DNA of 64,000 nucleotides from Eledone cirrhosa. Its lineage: Eukaryota. The DNA lies in contig OZ024754.1 of NCBI GenBank assembly GCA_964016885.1, positions 31,124,001 through 31,188,000 on the forward strand, read 5' to 3'. Numbering within the stretch: the first letter of the stretch is position 1; every line of letters begins with the position of its first letter. Below the pieces are notes generated by a model. The model was not told the DNA's origin and made no database searches. It saw nothing but the letters and a program-made list of their open reading frames with translations. Made by a program: the position numbers and the translations under genes. Of this stretch, positions 40,793 through 53,846 are shown one piece after another.

Positions 40793-42124
40793 ATATTAAT
40801 TCAAAATATTAACAAAAATAGAACTTCTTGTGATCAAGTATATTTTATTATACCTATTTCGGAGGTATGATTCACGAAGTTTGACTTGTATATTTATAGT
40901 ATATATGTATTACATGACCCTATTATAATTGATCTAAAACCTTAATTCTTAACAATATTATCACTAACTTATTTATTGTATTATATTGTGTTATTTATAA
41001 CTGAAAGGAATCATCTTAATCTTTAGACGATATAATCTTTGTTTATATTTAGACAAATGCATACACCTAATTTAATAATAAACTTTCTTTAAGCTTAATT
41101 ATAAGGCCTTTTGATGCTTTAAGGCATTCTAATTGTTAATCTTAATTTTTTTTAAATTATAACTGTAATTATTTTATAAATTATATAATGCAAATTATCT
41201 TCATTATAATATAAATAATTAAATATAATATAATAAAATTTAATAAAAATTACCTGCGTGAGGATGAAAATAGCATGTCTTCTTTCTCATGTTTGCAAAT
41301 AGTTTAAATATGATTTCATAAAATATGTTTTTATAAATTAAATATGATAGTATACTTTAATATTAATACAGATATTTATAAACTTTTATAGCCTGAAATA
41401 TTATACACTTTGGTTAATTCATTACTCTGAACTAACTTAAATGATTTGAAAGTTAACGGTCAACCGGATACGTTTGGATAGTATATATAACTAATTAACT
41501 AAGGACTGGAAATTAACTTTCATATAATTACACCCAGTTATATTTAGGATGTAGATTGATGAATACTTCTAGATATTTCAATAATTCAAAGATTCGAGTT
41601 TACTCTTTCGCAAAGCTATGCCCAAATGTATAGTTATGTATGGATATATATAATTCATCCCTCCCTATAATTATTCCTTCTTGTCTCTCTTTCCTTGTTC
41701 AATTCTCTTTTGCTCTCTATATCTCTACTAGCTATATTATCCCCTCATCTGTTTTCTCTCTCTCTTTATTTTTTTCTTCTTTCCTCTTTCTTCAATAATT
41801 TAAATTATTTGAATCTCTAACAGTTATGTAAATTGCTGATATGTATTTTTAAGCTTTCTCACATGCACCCTCTGTATTATATGTATTATATGTAAGTTTT
41901 TTCATGTCTCAATCTTAAGGTATATAAATATTGAGTTTTGTCATATCTTACTCACTACCATGACTGGATCTTAACCATCTACTATGTCAGGGTATGTCAT
42001 GCATCATCTTATTTTATCTGATGAGGACGTACTGTTGAAGTTAGCTCAGTACCGCTGAAATATGTATAATAAAATATACTTAATCACAAGAAGTTCTATT
42101 TTTGTTAATATTTTGAATTAATAT
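40793..42124 (+). mobile_element. Non-coding PLE-derived element with ~68-bp inverted ends (family H1)
   Basis: 40793-40860 is the reverse complement of 42057-42124. The left arm ends exactly at the HHR GAAA. Confidence 0.7.
42010..42076 (+). ncRNA. Type I hammerhead ribozyme (family H1)
   Basis: TATTTTAT-CTGATGA-GGAC-GTACTG..CAGTAC-CGCT-GAAA-TATGTA-TA-ATAAAATA, with a perfect 8-bp stem I. Confidence 0.8.
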
Positions 42125-42152
42125 TAATAACTCCGGAAAACCATTACTTTAA

Positions 42153-42183
<31 letters not shown>

Positions 42184-42184
<1 letters not shown>

Positions 42185-42516
42185 CATTTCATCATCATTT
42201 CATTTTACGTCCGCTTTTCCCTGCTTGCAAGGGTGGGACGGGAACTGATTCTGGCTTGATTTCTACAGCTGGATGCCCTTCCTAACACCAACCTCATTTA
42301 CAGTGAGTGCTGGGTGCTTTTTTGGTGTGGCACCTCCACGACCACTTTGCAGTGGAATGATAGGGACCCCAGTCCCTATCATCTCATTTCTACAGCTGAG
42401 TAAACTGGAGTAATGTGAAATAAAGTGTCTTGCTCAAGGAAACAACACATCACCCGGTCTAAGTATTGAACTCACAACCTTTCGATTGCAAGGCCAATGC
42501 TCTAACCACTAAGCCA
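42184..42516 (-). mobile_element. SINE family A copy
   Basis: Near-identical to the other family A copies. Confidence 0.9.
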
Positions 42517-42554
42517 TATCTATATATATATATATATATGGTATGAACATGTGA

Positions 42555-42823
42555 TGCTGAGGTGGTATGGATATGTGATGCGCATGGAGGATGACCGATG
42601 GGTGAAGAAGTGCCAGGAAATGCCAGTTGAAGGAAGACGTGGTAGAGGTAGACCACGAAAAACATGGGCGGAGGTGGTGAGAACAGACCTCAGATCATTG
42701 AAGCTCACGGTGGAGATGACGAAGGAGCGTGATGAGTGGAGAGATGCTGTGTTGAATAAGACCCGTCCCACCCTTGCAAGCAGGGAAAAACGGACGTAAA
42801 ATGATGATGATGATGATGATGAT
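42555..42823 (+). mobile_element. Young 5'-truncated RTE LINE 3' end
   Basis: Nearly identical to 57512-57790. Confidence 0.92.
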
Positions 42824-43215
42824 ATATATAGACACACACACACATATATATATGTGTGTGTATGTGTGTGTATGTGTGTATTATTTAATACATCTAAACC
42901 CAGGTTGAATGGAAACAGTTTATGTTTGAGCTTTCACCATAAGAATTATATGGATTAATTATGACAGAATTATCCAACTTAGAATAATCATGAACAATAG
43001 AACGACAAGAGTAATACAATGGTAATGGTTATCTCTTCTAATCTCCCAAAATCAGGCCTATTGAACAAAATAGACCATTTCTTATTAGGAACTTTCACAG
43101 CCAACCTCCAAAACAGATGACAGAAATTTCGTCATTTTGGGCATATTGGCCAACATAGCTTGTATGTTCACCAGATTCGGTCACATAGTGATCACATAGC
43201 TGGCTGGTTTCTTAA

Positions 43216-43431
43216 CCCTTTAGTATTTAAACTGGCCATATCCGGCCAGAATTCTCTCACCTCTTTGTGTTCAAACTGGCTTTAACTGGCTGTAGCCAGC
43301 TGCTTATACTGATGTTATGGTATTGTTCTCAAAATCTCATAGATTCGATATTATGTGAGATAATTATGTAAGATAGAGCCTTGACCATAAAAATACAATA
43401 GTATATATAGAGTAATGTAAATGCTAAATGG
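43216..43431. mobile_element. piggyBac-type MITE
   Basis: TTAA on both sides, termini CCCTTTAGTATTTA and TAAATGCTAAATGG. Homologue at 52515-52778. Confidence 0.75.
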
Positions 43432-43544
43432 TTAAAGTTATTGTTGCAAATCAAGTCATATGCATCATAACATACTTGGAGCCTTGATCTCTCTTCATTT
43501 CTTGAGTCATATTCACAGCCACTGTGCCACGATGACTACTTGAG

Positions 43545-44535
43545 AGAGTACAGGGGTTATGAATATAGCTCAAGAAATGAAGAGAGATCAAGTCTACATG
43601 AATGTTATGATGCAAATGACTTAATTATTTGCAACATCAACTTTAGAAAACCAGCCAGTTACTTGATCATCTATCAATCAGGTGAACACCCAAGTCATAT
43701 TGACTTCTGGCTCATTAGAAAACAGGCAGACATTTTATATGCCCAACATAATTTAGTTACCAATGTCATCAGAATAAGAATTAGATGAAATCAAAAATAC
43801 AAGGAAATCTGGAGAGGCAGGGTATGGAAGCTAAAAGATTTTTCTGTTAAATAAAGGTTCAGAAAAGCTCTACATGACACATACAAGAGGTGGGAAGATA
43901 GACACATATGACATAGAGCAGTGCTTCTCAAACTATCTGATGTGGCGGACCAGCATTTTTTTTTTCCAATGTGCCACGTACCGCTAATATTTCGTAGTAA
44001 TATTAATTTATACCGGAAACGATATATATAATGAATATAATAATAGTTGACCACTTTTTTATCTTCTATTTATTTTGTAAACAAATAATTGTTTCTACTT
44101 TTGGCACAAGGCCAGCAATTACCCAGTGCATTACTGGTACTTTATTTTATCGACCCCCGAAAGGATGAAAGGCAAAGTTAACCTAGGCGGGATTTGAACT
44201 CAGAATGGCAAGGGCCGTAACTCTATGCATTAAAGCATGGCGTCCAACCCTCTACCGATACTGCCAATTCAAACAAATAATACAATATCAAAACATATAA
44301 AAAAGTAATAAAAAAATTGCTCCAATGATTCCTTAGCATGGCCTGGACACTGGCCACGTACCGGTAGCTGATGGCTCGCGTACCGGTACCAGTCCGTGGA
44401 CCACCACTTTGAGTAGCACTGACATAGAGGACACTGGAAGTTTCTACAGGAGAACTTACTGCAGACCACTGACAAGACTTGTGGCTGGACCAAGGTATCA
44501 CTAAATGAAGGGTGGCTTGGTTGTAAAACAGCACT
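43545..44535 (+). mobile_element. Old RTE LINE fragment (APE region) interrupted by a hAT MITE
   Basis: GYEYSSRNEE, ICNINFRKPASYLIIYQSGEHPSHIDF is homologous to 55185-55700; the match resumes after 44421. Confidence 0.8.
43919..44421. mobile_element. hAT (Charlie-like) MITE with 8-bp TSD, containing a SINE B copy
   Basis: TSD ACATAGAG at 43911-43918 and 44422-44429; TIRs CAGTGCTTCTCAAA and TTTGAGTAGCACTG. The SINE B copy (minus, about 44089-44270) has TSD AAACAAATAAT. Confidence 0.88.
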
Positions 44536-44689
44536 ATAGACAGACACCTGGGTCTCCTGCTGGCTGGTTTTGCCTATAACTTCTGTCCAGTGATTCTTTC
44601 CTGAGACATTCTAACCACATGTCTTTAGTATCAGAGCTGTTATCTTCATGGATGCTTTTCATAACAGAAATAACTTTCCTAAGTGTACA

Positions 44690-45152
44690 GTCCTTTATGG
44701 TCTGAGTTCAAATCCCGCCGAGGTTAACTTTGCCTTTCATCCTTACGGGGTCGATAAAATAAAGTACCAGTAATACACTGTAATAATTGCTGGCTTTGTG
44801 CCAAAAGTAGAAACAATTATTTTATCATGGCACATTCAAATCCTACCAAGGCTAGCTTTGCCTTTCATCCTTATGGGGTTGTTAAAATATAAGTACCAGT
44901 AATGTACTGAGATCGATTTAATCGACTTTCCCTTTCTTCCAAACTTGTTGCTTTGTGCCTAAATCAGATGGATTGGCAGTATCGGTAGAGGGTCGGACGC
45001 CATGCTTTCCACCATAGTTACGTCCCTTTACGATCTGAGTTCAAATCCTGCCGAGGTTGACTTTGCCTTTCATCCTTACGGGGTCGATAAAATAAAGTAC
45101 CAGTAATGCACTGGGTAATTGCTGGCCTTGTGCCTAAAGTCGAAACAATTAT
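44690..45152 (+). mobile_element. Tandem cluster of three SINE B copies
   Basis: Three consecutive CTTTGCCTTTCATCCTTA bodies. Confidence 0.85.
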
Positions 45153-46151
45153 TTTACCCTAGCACCAACACTAGAGAGGTTGTTATGTCCATGACACGAC
45201 TAAAGGGTATTTTGTACCCTACATTGGCCCTGTTTGATAACTATGTTTTATTCAGAATAGATTGGTCATCTAACTGATCTATTCAATTAATTGCGTAGTG
45301 ATCAATAAAACATATAATTAATTCACTGGACATTAATCAGTGCAGCCAATTAGTGGTCAGTGGACTAGTGTAAAACCGAATTAATTATGTAAGTTGCAAT
45401 ATGATATAATTATGTAAGTTGCAATATGATATAATTAAACTCTGCAATGGCCAGGTGCAATATAGAATATAATTAATTGATTAACAAGGCACTGATTAGT
45501 AAAATATGTAATTCATTCATACTAAAATTATAAATTTAATCAATATACAAATTAAATCATAAGTAAGCTATAATATAAGTATATTAAATGCGTAATGACC
45601 AAACAGGGAAGGTGGATGTTAAATGATGATGTTGATGATGATGATAATATATAACATCATCATCATCATCATCATTGTCCTCGTCTTCGTCATCATCATT
45701 TAACGTCCACTTTCCCTGCTAGCAAGGGTTGGACAGATCTACATTAGACCAAGTTAGTATTGGAATGGGTCTAATGACCACCCAGACAGAGTTGGCTAGG
45801 GTCTACATCTAGCTTACATACGGTCTCACATACTATTGCTTCTACTGAGTGTATAGGTGAGGTTGTCATGTCTTTGACACAACTGCAGGGTTCTCCCAAC
45901 CCACTTGTTTCACAAGCTTTCTATGGCTGGAGTGTCAGCGATATGAAGACCAGGAAAACCACAAATTAAAGTAGTACTCAATGCTTGATGAACCAGTAGA
46001 ATTCCAGCCTTGAACTCAGGTGATTTCAGCTTGTAACCTCTTAATACATATATACATATATATGTGGGTTTACCTCCCCCAGGAGAAGTGACTGTTTCTC
46101 CACATGGTTATTCGTACAGTCGTTTTTCCTTTTCGGTACAACTTCATTTAG

Positions 46152-46194
46152 ACCGAGCTGATGATCCGAATAAAGTGAAACAACTGTTCTCGGT
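46152..46194 (+). ncRNA. Minimal type I hammerhead motif
   Basis: ACCGAG-CTGATGA-TCCGAATAAAGT-GAAA-CAACTG-TT-CTCGGT: perfect 6-bp stem I, eroded stem II. Confidence 0.68.
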
Positions 46195-46296
46195 ATGGTG
46201 AACTAACTATTGTAGAACTACTTCTACCAAACTCATCCCATGCACTGAGTGCTCTACTACTACAGATATACGCCACCAGTGTTCTTCTATTATATA

Positions 46297-46644
46297 TCAT
46301 CATCATCATTCATCATTTCATTTTACGTCCGCTTTTTCCCTGCTTGCAAGGGTGGGACAGTAACTGATTCTGGCTTGATTTCTACAGCTGGATGTCCTTC
46401 CTAACACCAACCTCATTTACAGTGAGTGCTGGGTGCTTTTTTGCCATGGCACCTCCACGACCACTTTGCAGTGGAATGATAGGGACCCCAGTCCCTATCA
46501 TCTCATTTCTACAGCTGAGTAAACTGGAGCAATGTGAAATAAAGTGTCTTGCTCAAGGAAACAACACATCACCCGGTCTGAGAATTGAACTCACAACCTT
46601 TTGATTGTAAGGCCAATGCTCTAACCACTAAGCCACGTGCCTCC
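46297..46644 (-). mobile_element. SINE family A copy, full length
   Basis: Matches family A. Confidence 0.9.
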
Positions 46645-46647
46645 ATA

Positions 46648-46709
<62 letters not shown>

Positions 46710-47096
46710 CGAGTTGGGATCCCAGACTGGAACTAACTGTTGAAACAGCAACAACTCAGCCATGGGGGTTCTGACTCTTTACAATAACAACCATACTCTA
46801 CCACCCCAAGTATTGAGTTCTCTGGTGAGTAATGGTTTAACCAGTTTCTAACTGAATCCATCATGATTTATATTTTTTTCTTCTCCTCCTCCTTCTTCTT
46901 CTTCTTCTTCTTCTTCTTCTTCTTCTTCTTCTTCTCCTTCTTTTCCCACTTATCCCTTGTAGTTGTTGCTGTTATTGTTGTTGTTGATGTTGTTGTTATT
47001 GTAGTTGTTGTTACTTAAGATATGTTGTTGTTGTTGTTCATTTTACAGTTGACAGGGATTTACCTCACTACTGTTTCACTCACCTGATAAACTATT

Positions 47097-47635
47097 ATAG
47101 AGTTACGGCCCTTTACGGTCTGAGTTCAAATCCCGCCGAGGTTAACTTTGCCTTTCATCCTTACGGGGTCGATGAAATAAAGTACCAGTAATGCACTGGG
47201 ATAATTGCTGGCCTTGTGCCTAAAGTAGAAACAATTATTACTATTATTATTGTGGATTGGCATGATTTGCAGCATGGAGTTACTGCCCTTTACAGTCTGA
47301 GGTTAACTTCGCCTTTCATCCGTACATGGTTGATAAAATAAAGCACCAGTAACGTACTGGGGTCAATTTAATCGACTTTCCCCTCCCCCCAAATTACTGG
47401 CTTTGTGCCTATACTAGAAATTATTGTTATTATTATTATTGTAAAGGACTGGCAGTATCGGTAGAGGGTCGGACGCCATGCTTTCCAGCATAGAGTTACA
47501 GCCCTTTACAACCTGAGTTCGAATCCCGCCGAGGTTAACTTTGCCTTTCATTCTTATGGGATCAATAAAATAAAGTACCAGTAATGCACTGGGGTAATTG
47601 CTGGCCTTGTGCCAAAACGTAAAAACAATTATTAT
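47097..47635 (+). mobile_element. Tandem cluster of three SINE B copies
   Basis: Three consecutive family B bodies with (ATT)n tails. Confidence 0.85.
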
Positions 47636-48160
47636 TGTTGTTGTTGTTATTGTTGTTGTTGCTGTTGCTACTGCTGCTGTTGTTGTTGTTGCTGTTTCTG
47701 TTGTGGTTGTTGCTGCTTATTCTGCTGCTGCTGTTGTTGTTGTTACTGCTGATGATGATGTTGTTACTGTTGCTGCTGTTGCTACTGTTGCTGTTACTGC
47801 TGCTGCTGTTGTTGTTGTTACTGCTGATGATGATGTTGTTACTGCTGCTGCTGTTGCTACTGTTGCTGTTACTGCTGCTGCTGTTGTTATTGTTACTGCT
47901 GATGATGATGATGTTGTTGGTGATGTTACTGCTGCTGTTGCTACTGTTGCTGTTACTGCTGCTGATGTTGTTACTGCTGCTGCTGTTGCTACAGTTACTG
48001 TTACTGCTGCTGTTGTTGTTGTTGTTACTGGTGCTGCTGTTGCTACAGTTACTGTTACTGCTGCTGCTGTTGTTGTTGTTACTGGTGCTGCTGTTGCTAC
48101 TGTTACTGCTGCTGCTGCTGTTGTTGTCACTGTCACTGTTGTTATTGCTGTTGTTGTTAT
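47635..48160. repeat. (GTT)/(GCT)/(ACT) trinucleotide tract
   Basis: Seen directly in the sequence. Confidence 0.93.
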
Positions 48161-48744
48161 TAATCTACTCTCCCTATCAAAAGTGACAGTTTGTGTCAAT
48201 TATATTTTCTCAAAATGAAATTTTCCTTTAAGTTACAAAAATTCCAATTTTTGTTTCCCCTGTTCTTTCTTCCTTCCTAATTATCAATCTGGGAATAGAA
48301 TTGGGGTGAATTGGGTGGGAGTAGATGGTTGGAGAGGGTAACACTGTTGTATAGAAAAAGGTCAAATTCAATAACCTTGAGTTATATATTTCTTTATTTG
48401 TTTATATTTGAATAAAGGATGTATGTATTTAACTTAAATTTACTTAATATGGATAAAAATCAATAATAAATGTTATTTGTTATTTGTTATGGGTTATTTG
48501 TTATGGGTTATTTGTTATAGGTTATTTGTTTATATTTGAATAAATTATGTATTCTCGGGACTCAAATAATCGTTCTCCTTTCCCCGCTTGTTAAATTTTG
48601 TTAATCGCTTTCCGGCAAAATTATATTTTAAGTGGTAGCATTCCTGCGACAATTAATTCTTTATTCATTAAAAAACATTATACATGACAGAAAGAGAACA
48701 TTACTACAGGACTAGAACTGTTTCATATATATATTCATGAAATA

Positions 48745-49020
48745 AATTTGGTGACTTTCATATAAAAACAAGAATATACCTCTTGACAATACTCCCACGA
48801 TTTCTTGAAGACCTGCTGCAGTGTGCTGCAGTGTATATATTTGGTCAGCTGTGCTGCATCCAGGACGAAAACTTCGCTGTTCATCAGCAACATTGGACCC
48901 ATCATCTCCCTGCATCTCTTTGCCAGTTTGCCAGGCATTTAGCATAAACTTTACCGGGGAAGCTTAACAAGGATATCTCTCTATAATTGCCTCCCTTTTT
49001 AAAAATTGGGATTATCACGG
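48745..49020 (-). pseudogene. Degenerate LINE RT fragment (RTE-like)
   Basis: IIPIFKKG, NYREISLLSFPGKVYAKCL, EQRSFRPGCSTADQIYTL. Confidence 0.75.
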
Positions 49021-49208
49021 TGAATTGGCAGTATTGGTAGAGGGTCGGACGACATGCTTTGACGCATAGAGTTACGGCCCTTGCCATTCTGAGTTCAAAT
49101 CCCATCGAGGTTAACTTTGCCTTTCATCCTTACGGGGTCGATAAAATAAAGTACCAGTAATGTACTGGGTAATTGCTGGCCTTGTGCCAATAGTAGAAAC
49201 AATTATTT
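49018..49208 (+). mobile_element. SINE family B copy
   Basis: Matches family B. Confidence 0.87.
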
Positions 49209-49312
49209 ACATGAACAGGATTGACATGTGCAGCCAGGTTGAAGGTGGTATCGCAGCAGAATTTGCAGACAACATGGTGTTATTTAACTCAACAGGAGCT
49301 CATCTGTGACTT

Positions 49313-50968
49313 GACAATACTTTCTCTTCTGTCAATACTTGTTGTCAATACTTTCCCTTCTGTCAATACTTGTTGTCAATACTTTCTCTTCTGTCAATAC
49401 TTGTTGTCAATACTTTCTCTTCTGTCAATACTTGTTGTCAATACTTTCTCTTCTGTCAATACTTGTTGTCAATACTTTCCCTTCTGTCAATACTTGTTGT
49501 CAATACTTTCCCTTCTGTCAATACTTGTTGTCAATACTTTCTCTTCTGTCAATACTTGTTGTCAATACTTTCTCTTCTGTCAATACTTGTTGTCAATACT
49601 TTCCCTTCTGTTAATACTTGTTGTCAATACTTTCTCTTCTGTCAATACTTGTTGTCAATACTTTCTCTTCTGTCAATACTTGTTGTCAATACTTTCTCTT
49701 CTGTCAATACTTGTTGTCAATACTTTCCCTTCTGTCAATACTTGTTGTCAATACTTTCTCTTCTGTCAATACTTGTTGTCAATACTTTCTCTTCTGTCAA
49801 TACTTGTTGTCAATACTTGTTGTCAATACTTTCTCTTCTGTCAATACTTGTTGTCAATACTTTCCCTTCTGTCAATACTTGTTGTCAATACTTTCTCTTC
49901 TGTCAATACTTGTTGTCAATACTTTCTCTTCTGTCAATACTTGTTGTCAATACTTTCTCTTCTGTCAATACTTGTTGTCAATACTTTCCCTTCTGTCAAT
50001 ACTTGTTGTCAATACTTTCTCTTCTGTCAATACTTGTTGTCAATACTTTCCCTTCTGTCAATACTTGTTGTCAATACTTTCTCTTCTGTCAATACTTGTT
50101 GTCAATACTTTCCCTTCTGTCAATACTTGTTGTCAATACTTTCTCTTCTGTCAATACTTGTTGTCAATACTTTCCCTTCTGTCAATACTTGTTGTCAATA
50201 CTTTCTCTTCTGTCAATACTTGTTGTCAATACTTTCTCTTCTGTCAATACTTGTTGTCAATACTTTCTCTTCTGTCAATACTTGTTGTCAATACTTTCCC
50301 TTCTGTCAATACTTGTTGTCAATACTTTCCCTTCTGTCAATACTTGTTGTCAATACTTTCTCTTCTGTCAATACTTGTTGTCAATACTTTCTCTTCTGTC
50401 AATACTTGTTGTCAATACTTGTTGTCAATACTTTCTCTTCTGTCAATACTTGTTGTCAATACTTTCCCTTCTGTCAATACTTGTTGTCAATACTTTCCCT
50501 TCTGTCAATACTTGTTGTCAATACTTTCCCTTCTGTCAATACTTGTTGTCAATACTTTCTCTTCTGTCAATACTTGTTGTCAATACTTTCTCTTCTGTCA
50601 ATACTTGTTGTCAATACTTTCTCTTCTGTCAATACTTGTTGTCAATACTTTCCCTTCTGTCAATACTTGTTGTCAATACTTTCTCTTCTGTCAATACTTG
50701 TTGTCAATACTTTCTCTTCTGTCAATACTTGTTGTCAATACTTTCCTTTCTGTCAATACTTGTTGTCAATACTTTCTCTTCTGTCAATACTTGTTGTCAA
50801 TACTTTCTCTTCTGTCAATACTTGTTGTCAATACTTTCTCTTCTGTCAATACTTGTTGTCAATACTTTCCCTTCTGTCAATACTTGTTGTCAATACTTTC
50901 TCTTCTGTCAATACTTGTTGTCAATACTTTCTCTTCTGTCAATACTTGTTGTCAATACTTTCCCTTCT
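49313..50968. repeat. 31-bp minisatellite, about 53 units
   Basis: Unit TGTCAATACTTGT-TGTCAATACTTTC(T/C)CTTC, built from two TGTCAATACTT subunits. Confidence 0.97.
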
Positions 50969-50989
50969 GAGAAAGATACTTGTTATTTG

Positions 50990-51290
50990 AAATGCCACCC
51001 AAGACTAGTTTTATAGCAGAAAAACCATGTAAAAGTATTTTTTGTTGCATTTGTACATGGTGACAGCCTTCATATAAGGAACAAAGGACTTCCACTGTCA
51101 GACAATGCAACATAAAGGAGATACCATTGTTTGGTGGAAGTAGATACAAAATATTTGTGCAGGCTTTGTACAAATTCAAAGATAATTAATTCTTCTTGAC
51201 AACATTCAGCAACAAATTTTACAATCAAATTTAATGTGTGTGCAAAACAGGAAATGTACACCACATACTAATTCCACTCTTTAATTCAAG
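50990..51290 (-). pseudogene. hAT transposase remnant (ZMYM1/Tip100-like)
   Basis: VYISCFAHTLNLIVKFVAECC, FEFVQSLHKYF, STSTKQW: the hAT CxxH motif region. Confidence 0.75.
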
Positions 51291-52015
51291 CCACTACTCT
51301 ATAAGCCACTACTACTCTATAATTCATGTCATAAGCCACTACTACTCTATAATCCATGTCATAAGTCACTACTACTCAATAATCCATATCATAAGCCAGT
51401 ACTACTCTATAATTCATGTCATAAGTCACTACTACTCTATAATACATGTCATAAGACACTACTACTCTATAATCCATGGCATAAGCCACTACTCAATAAT
51501 CCATTTCATAAGCCACTACTACTCTATAATTCATGTCATAAGACACTACTACTCTATAATCCATGGCATAAGCCACTACTCAATAATCCATGTCATAAGC
51601 CAGTACTACTCTATAATCCATGTCATAAGCCACTACTACTCTATAATCCATGTCATAAGTCACTACTACTCAATAATCCATGTCATAAGCCACTACTACT
51701 CTATAATCCAGGTCATAAGTCACTACTTCTCTATAATCCATGGCATAAGCCACTACTCAATAATCCATGGCATAAGCCACTACTACTCTATAATTCATGT
51801 CATAAGCCATTACTACTCTATAATCCATGTCATAAGTCACTACTACTCAATAATCCATGTCATAAGCCAGTACTACTCTATAATTCATGTCATAAGTCAC
51901 TTCTACTCTATGATACATGTCATAAGACACTACTACTCTATATGTTTTGTGCTTCTATAATACATGTCATAAACCACTGCTACTCTATTGTCCATATCAT
52001 AAGACACTACTCTCT
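51290..52015. repeat. 30-bp minisatellite, about 24 units
   Basis: Unit ATAAGCCACTACTACTCTATAATCCATGTC. Confidence 0.95.
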
Positions 52016-52514
52016 TTAATTTATGATTCTAAGCTACTACTTCTCTTGCCATTTATGTTGGTGGTATTGTCATAAATTTGACCACAATAGTCTACTGTAT
52101 CAATGACATTTATCATTAAAAAGACAAATAACAGGCATATAAACTACATTTTACTGTAAATGTTTGTCTCTGAGATGAGTAGTTTTGGGTGGTAAATCAT
52201 TCTTTACACACAAGTTGTATACAACAGTGCAAAGTTAATTTGTACAAATAGGCAGGGATCAATTCTTGTTTGAGCCACGCCTCTTCTTCGACGTCCAATA
52301 AACTGGCAATTGTAACTTATTTAACCCTTTCAATACATCAATTATTTTCAAAAGGTGCACCAATATCAATTACTTGAACAGAAGCATCTATCAATGGATG
52401 ATTATTACCCTTATTGATTTTGGGTGGGTTCTAAAACCAAAGGCCCATATGTAGTCTCGCAACCTTCTAGAAATAGCAACCAAATCTTCCTCAAACCGCA
52501 CTAACTAGCTTTAA

Positions 52515-52778
52515 CTCTTTAGCATTTATATTACTCTTTATATACTATTGTATTTTATGGTAAAGGCTTTATCTTACATAGTTATCTCACATAATATCAA
52601 ATCTACGAGATTTTGATGTTATTTATTTTGAGAACTATACCTTAATATAGGTGTGAGTGGCCAGTTACAGCCAGTTTGAACAGAAAGAGGTGAGAGAGTT
52701 CTGGCCAGTTACAGCCAGTTTGAACAGAAAGAGGTGAGAGAGTTCTGGCCGGATATGGCCGGTTTAAATGCTAAAGGG
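52515..52778. mobile_element. piggyBac-type MITE with an internal 40-bp duplication
   Basis: TTAA-CTCTTTAGCATTTA..TAAATGCTAAAGGG-TTAA; inverted homologue of 43216-43431. Confidence 0.78.
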
Positions 52779-53369
52779 TTAAAGAGAGAAAGATACATAA
52801 TATATTTAGAATTACATTATCTTATGCTTGAAATGAAAATGAATGATCATAGCTGAGATGTCTCATGATAGGTCTGAACCTAGGGCTAAACAACAACAAT
52901 GATACTTAACTCTCAGGAAGTGTTGATCTCATCACATCCAGCTTATAATCCACATGTTAGTGCCTGCTTACACCATGGGTCCAATACTGTGGCCCCTATT
53001 TTCAGTTTGGACTGACCTGCTTGAGATTCATTGTTCTTGTTCTTGTTGTTTAACCCTATATCAGTCCTAACTGAATAGATCTTTCATTAAAACATTCCAG
53101 TTATGACCATCCTGTCTTATTCCCCAGCACTGTGCCCTCAAATCTACATCACCCAATATGTTCTTCTTTTGTATACTGGTAGAGTATGATCTCTAAGAGA
53201 TTTGGCTGCTATTTCTAACATGCTGAGTGGCTGTGCAGAGACTTCTTGTTAACTGATGACTTATATGAGAGAATTAAGTAACTTGGCTGTGACATAGTGA
53301 ACGGTTGGAGATTCAAACTGCCATGACACTCTCTCTCTCTCTCTCTCTCTCTCTCTTGCTCTCTATCTC

Positions 53370-53434
<65 letters not shown>

Positions 53435-53793
53435 CAATAATATAATCACGAGGATGAGAACCTTTCTATAATCACCAAATAAATAGCACAAATGTTTTTT
53501 CAAAAACAAGAGATAGAGAGAAAGTGTTCCACAGTTGTGTGTTTTAATTGGTCTTCTACAGGTTATATGTTATTATCTACAGGGTATGGGGTATTATGGT
53601 GATTGCACTCTTTCATGGTTCACTGATCTCCAGTATCCACACTGATAAATAATCCAAATTAATGCAAATAGACAGTTAATGCAAGTCATTTGCTTCCATA
53701 GTTCAATATTTACTTTTAATGGTGTGAGGGGAGAAAGCCCAGCACATGATTTCTGTGATACATATACCTGTATTATATGATATATATTGATAA

Positions 53794-53841
<48 letters not shown>

Positions 53842-53846
<5 letters not shown>

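Noticed and set aside
49221-51016. ORFs of 450-589 aa
   Set aside because: Translations of a stop-free 31-bp minisatellite, open in all three plus-strand frames.
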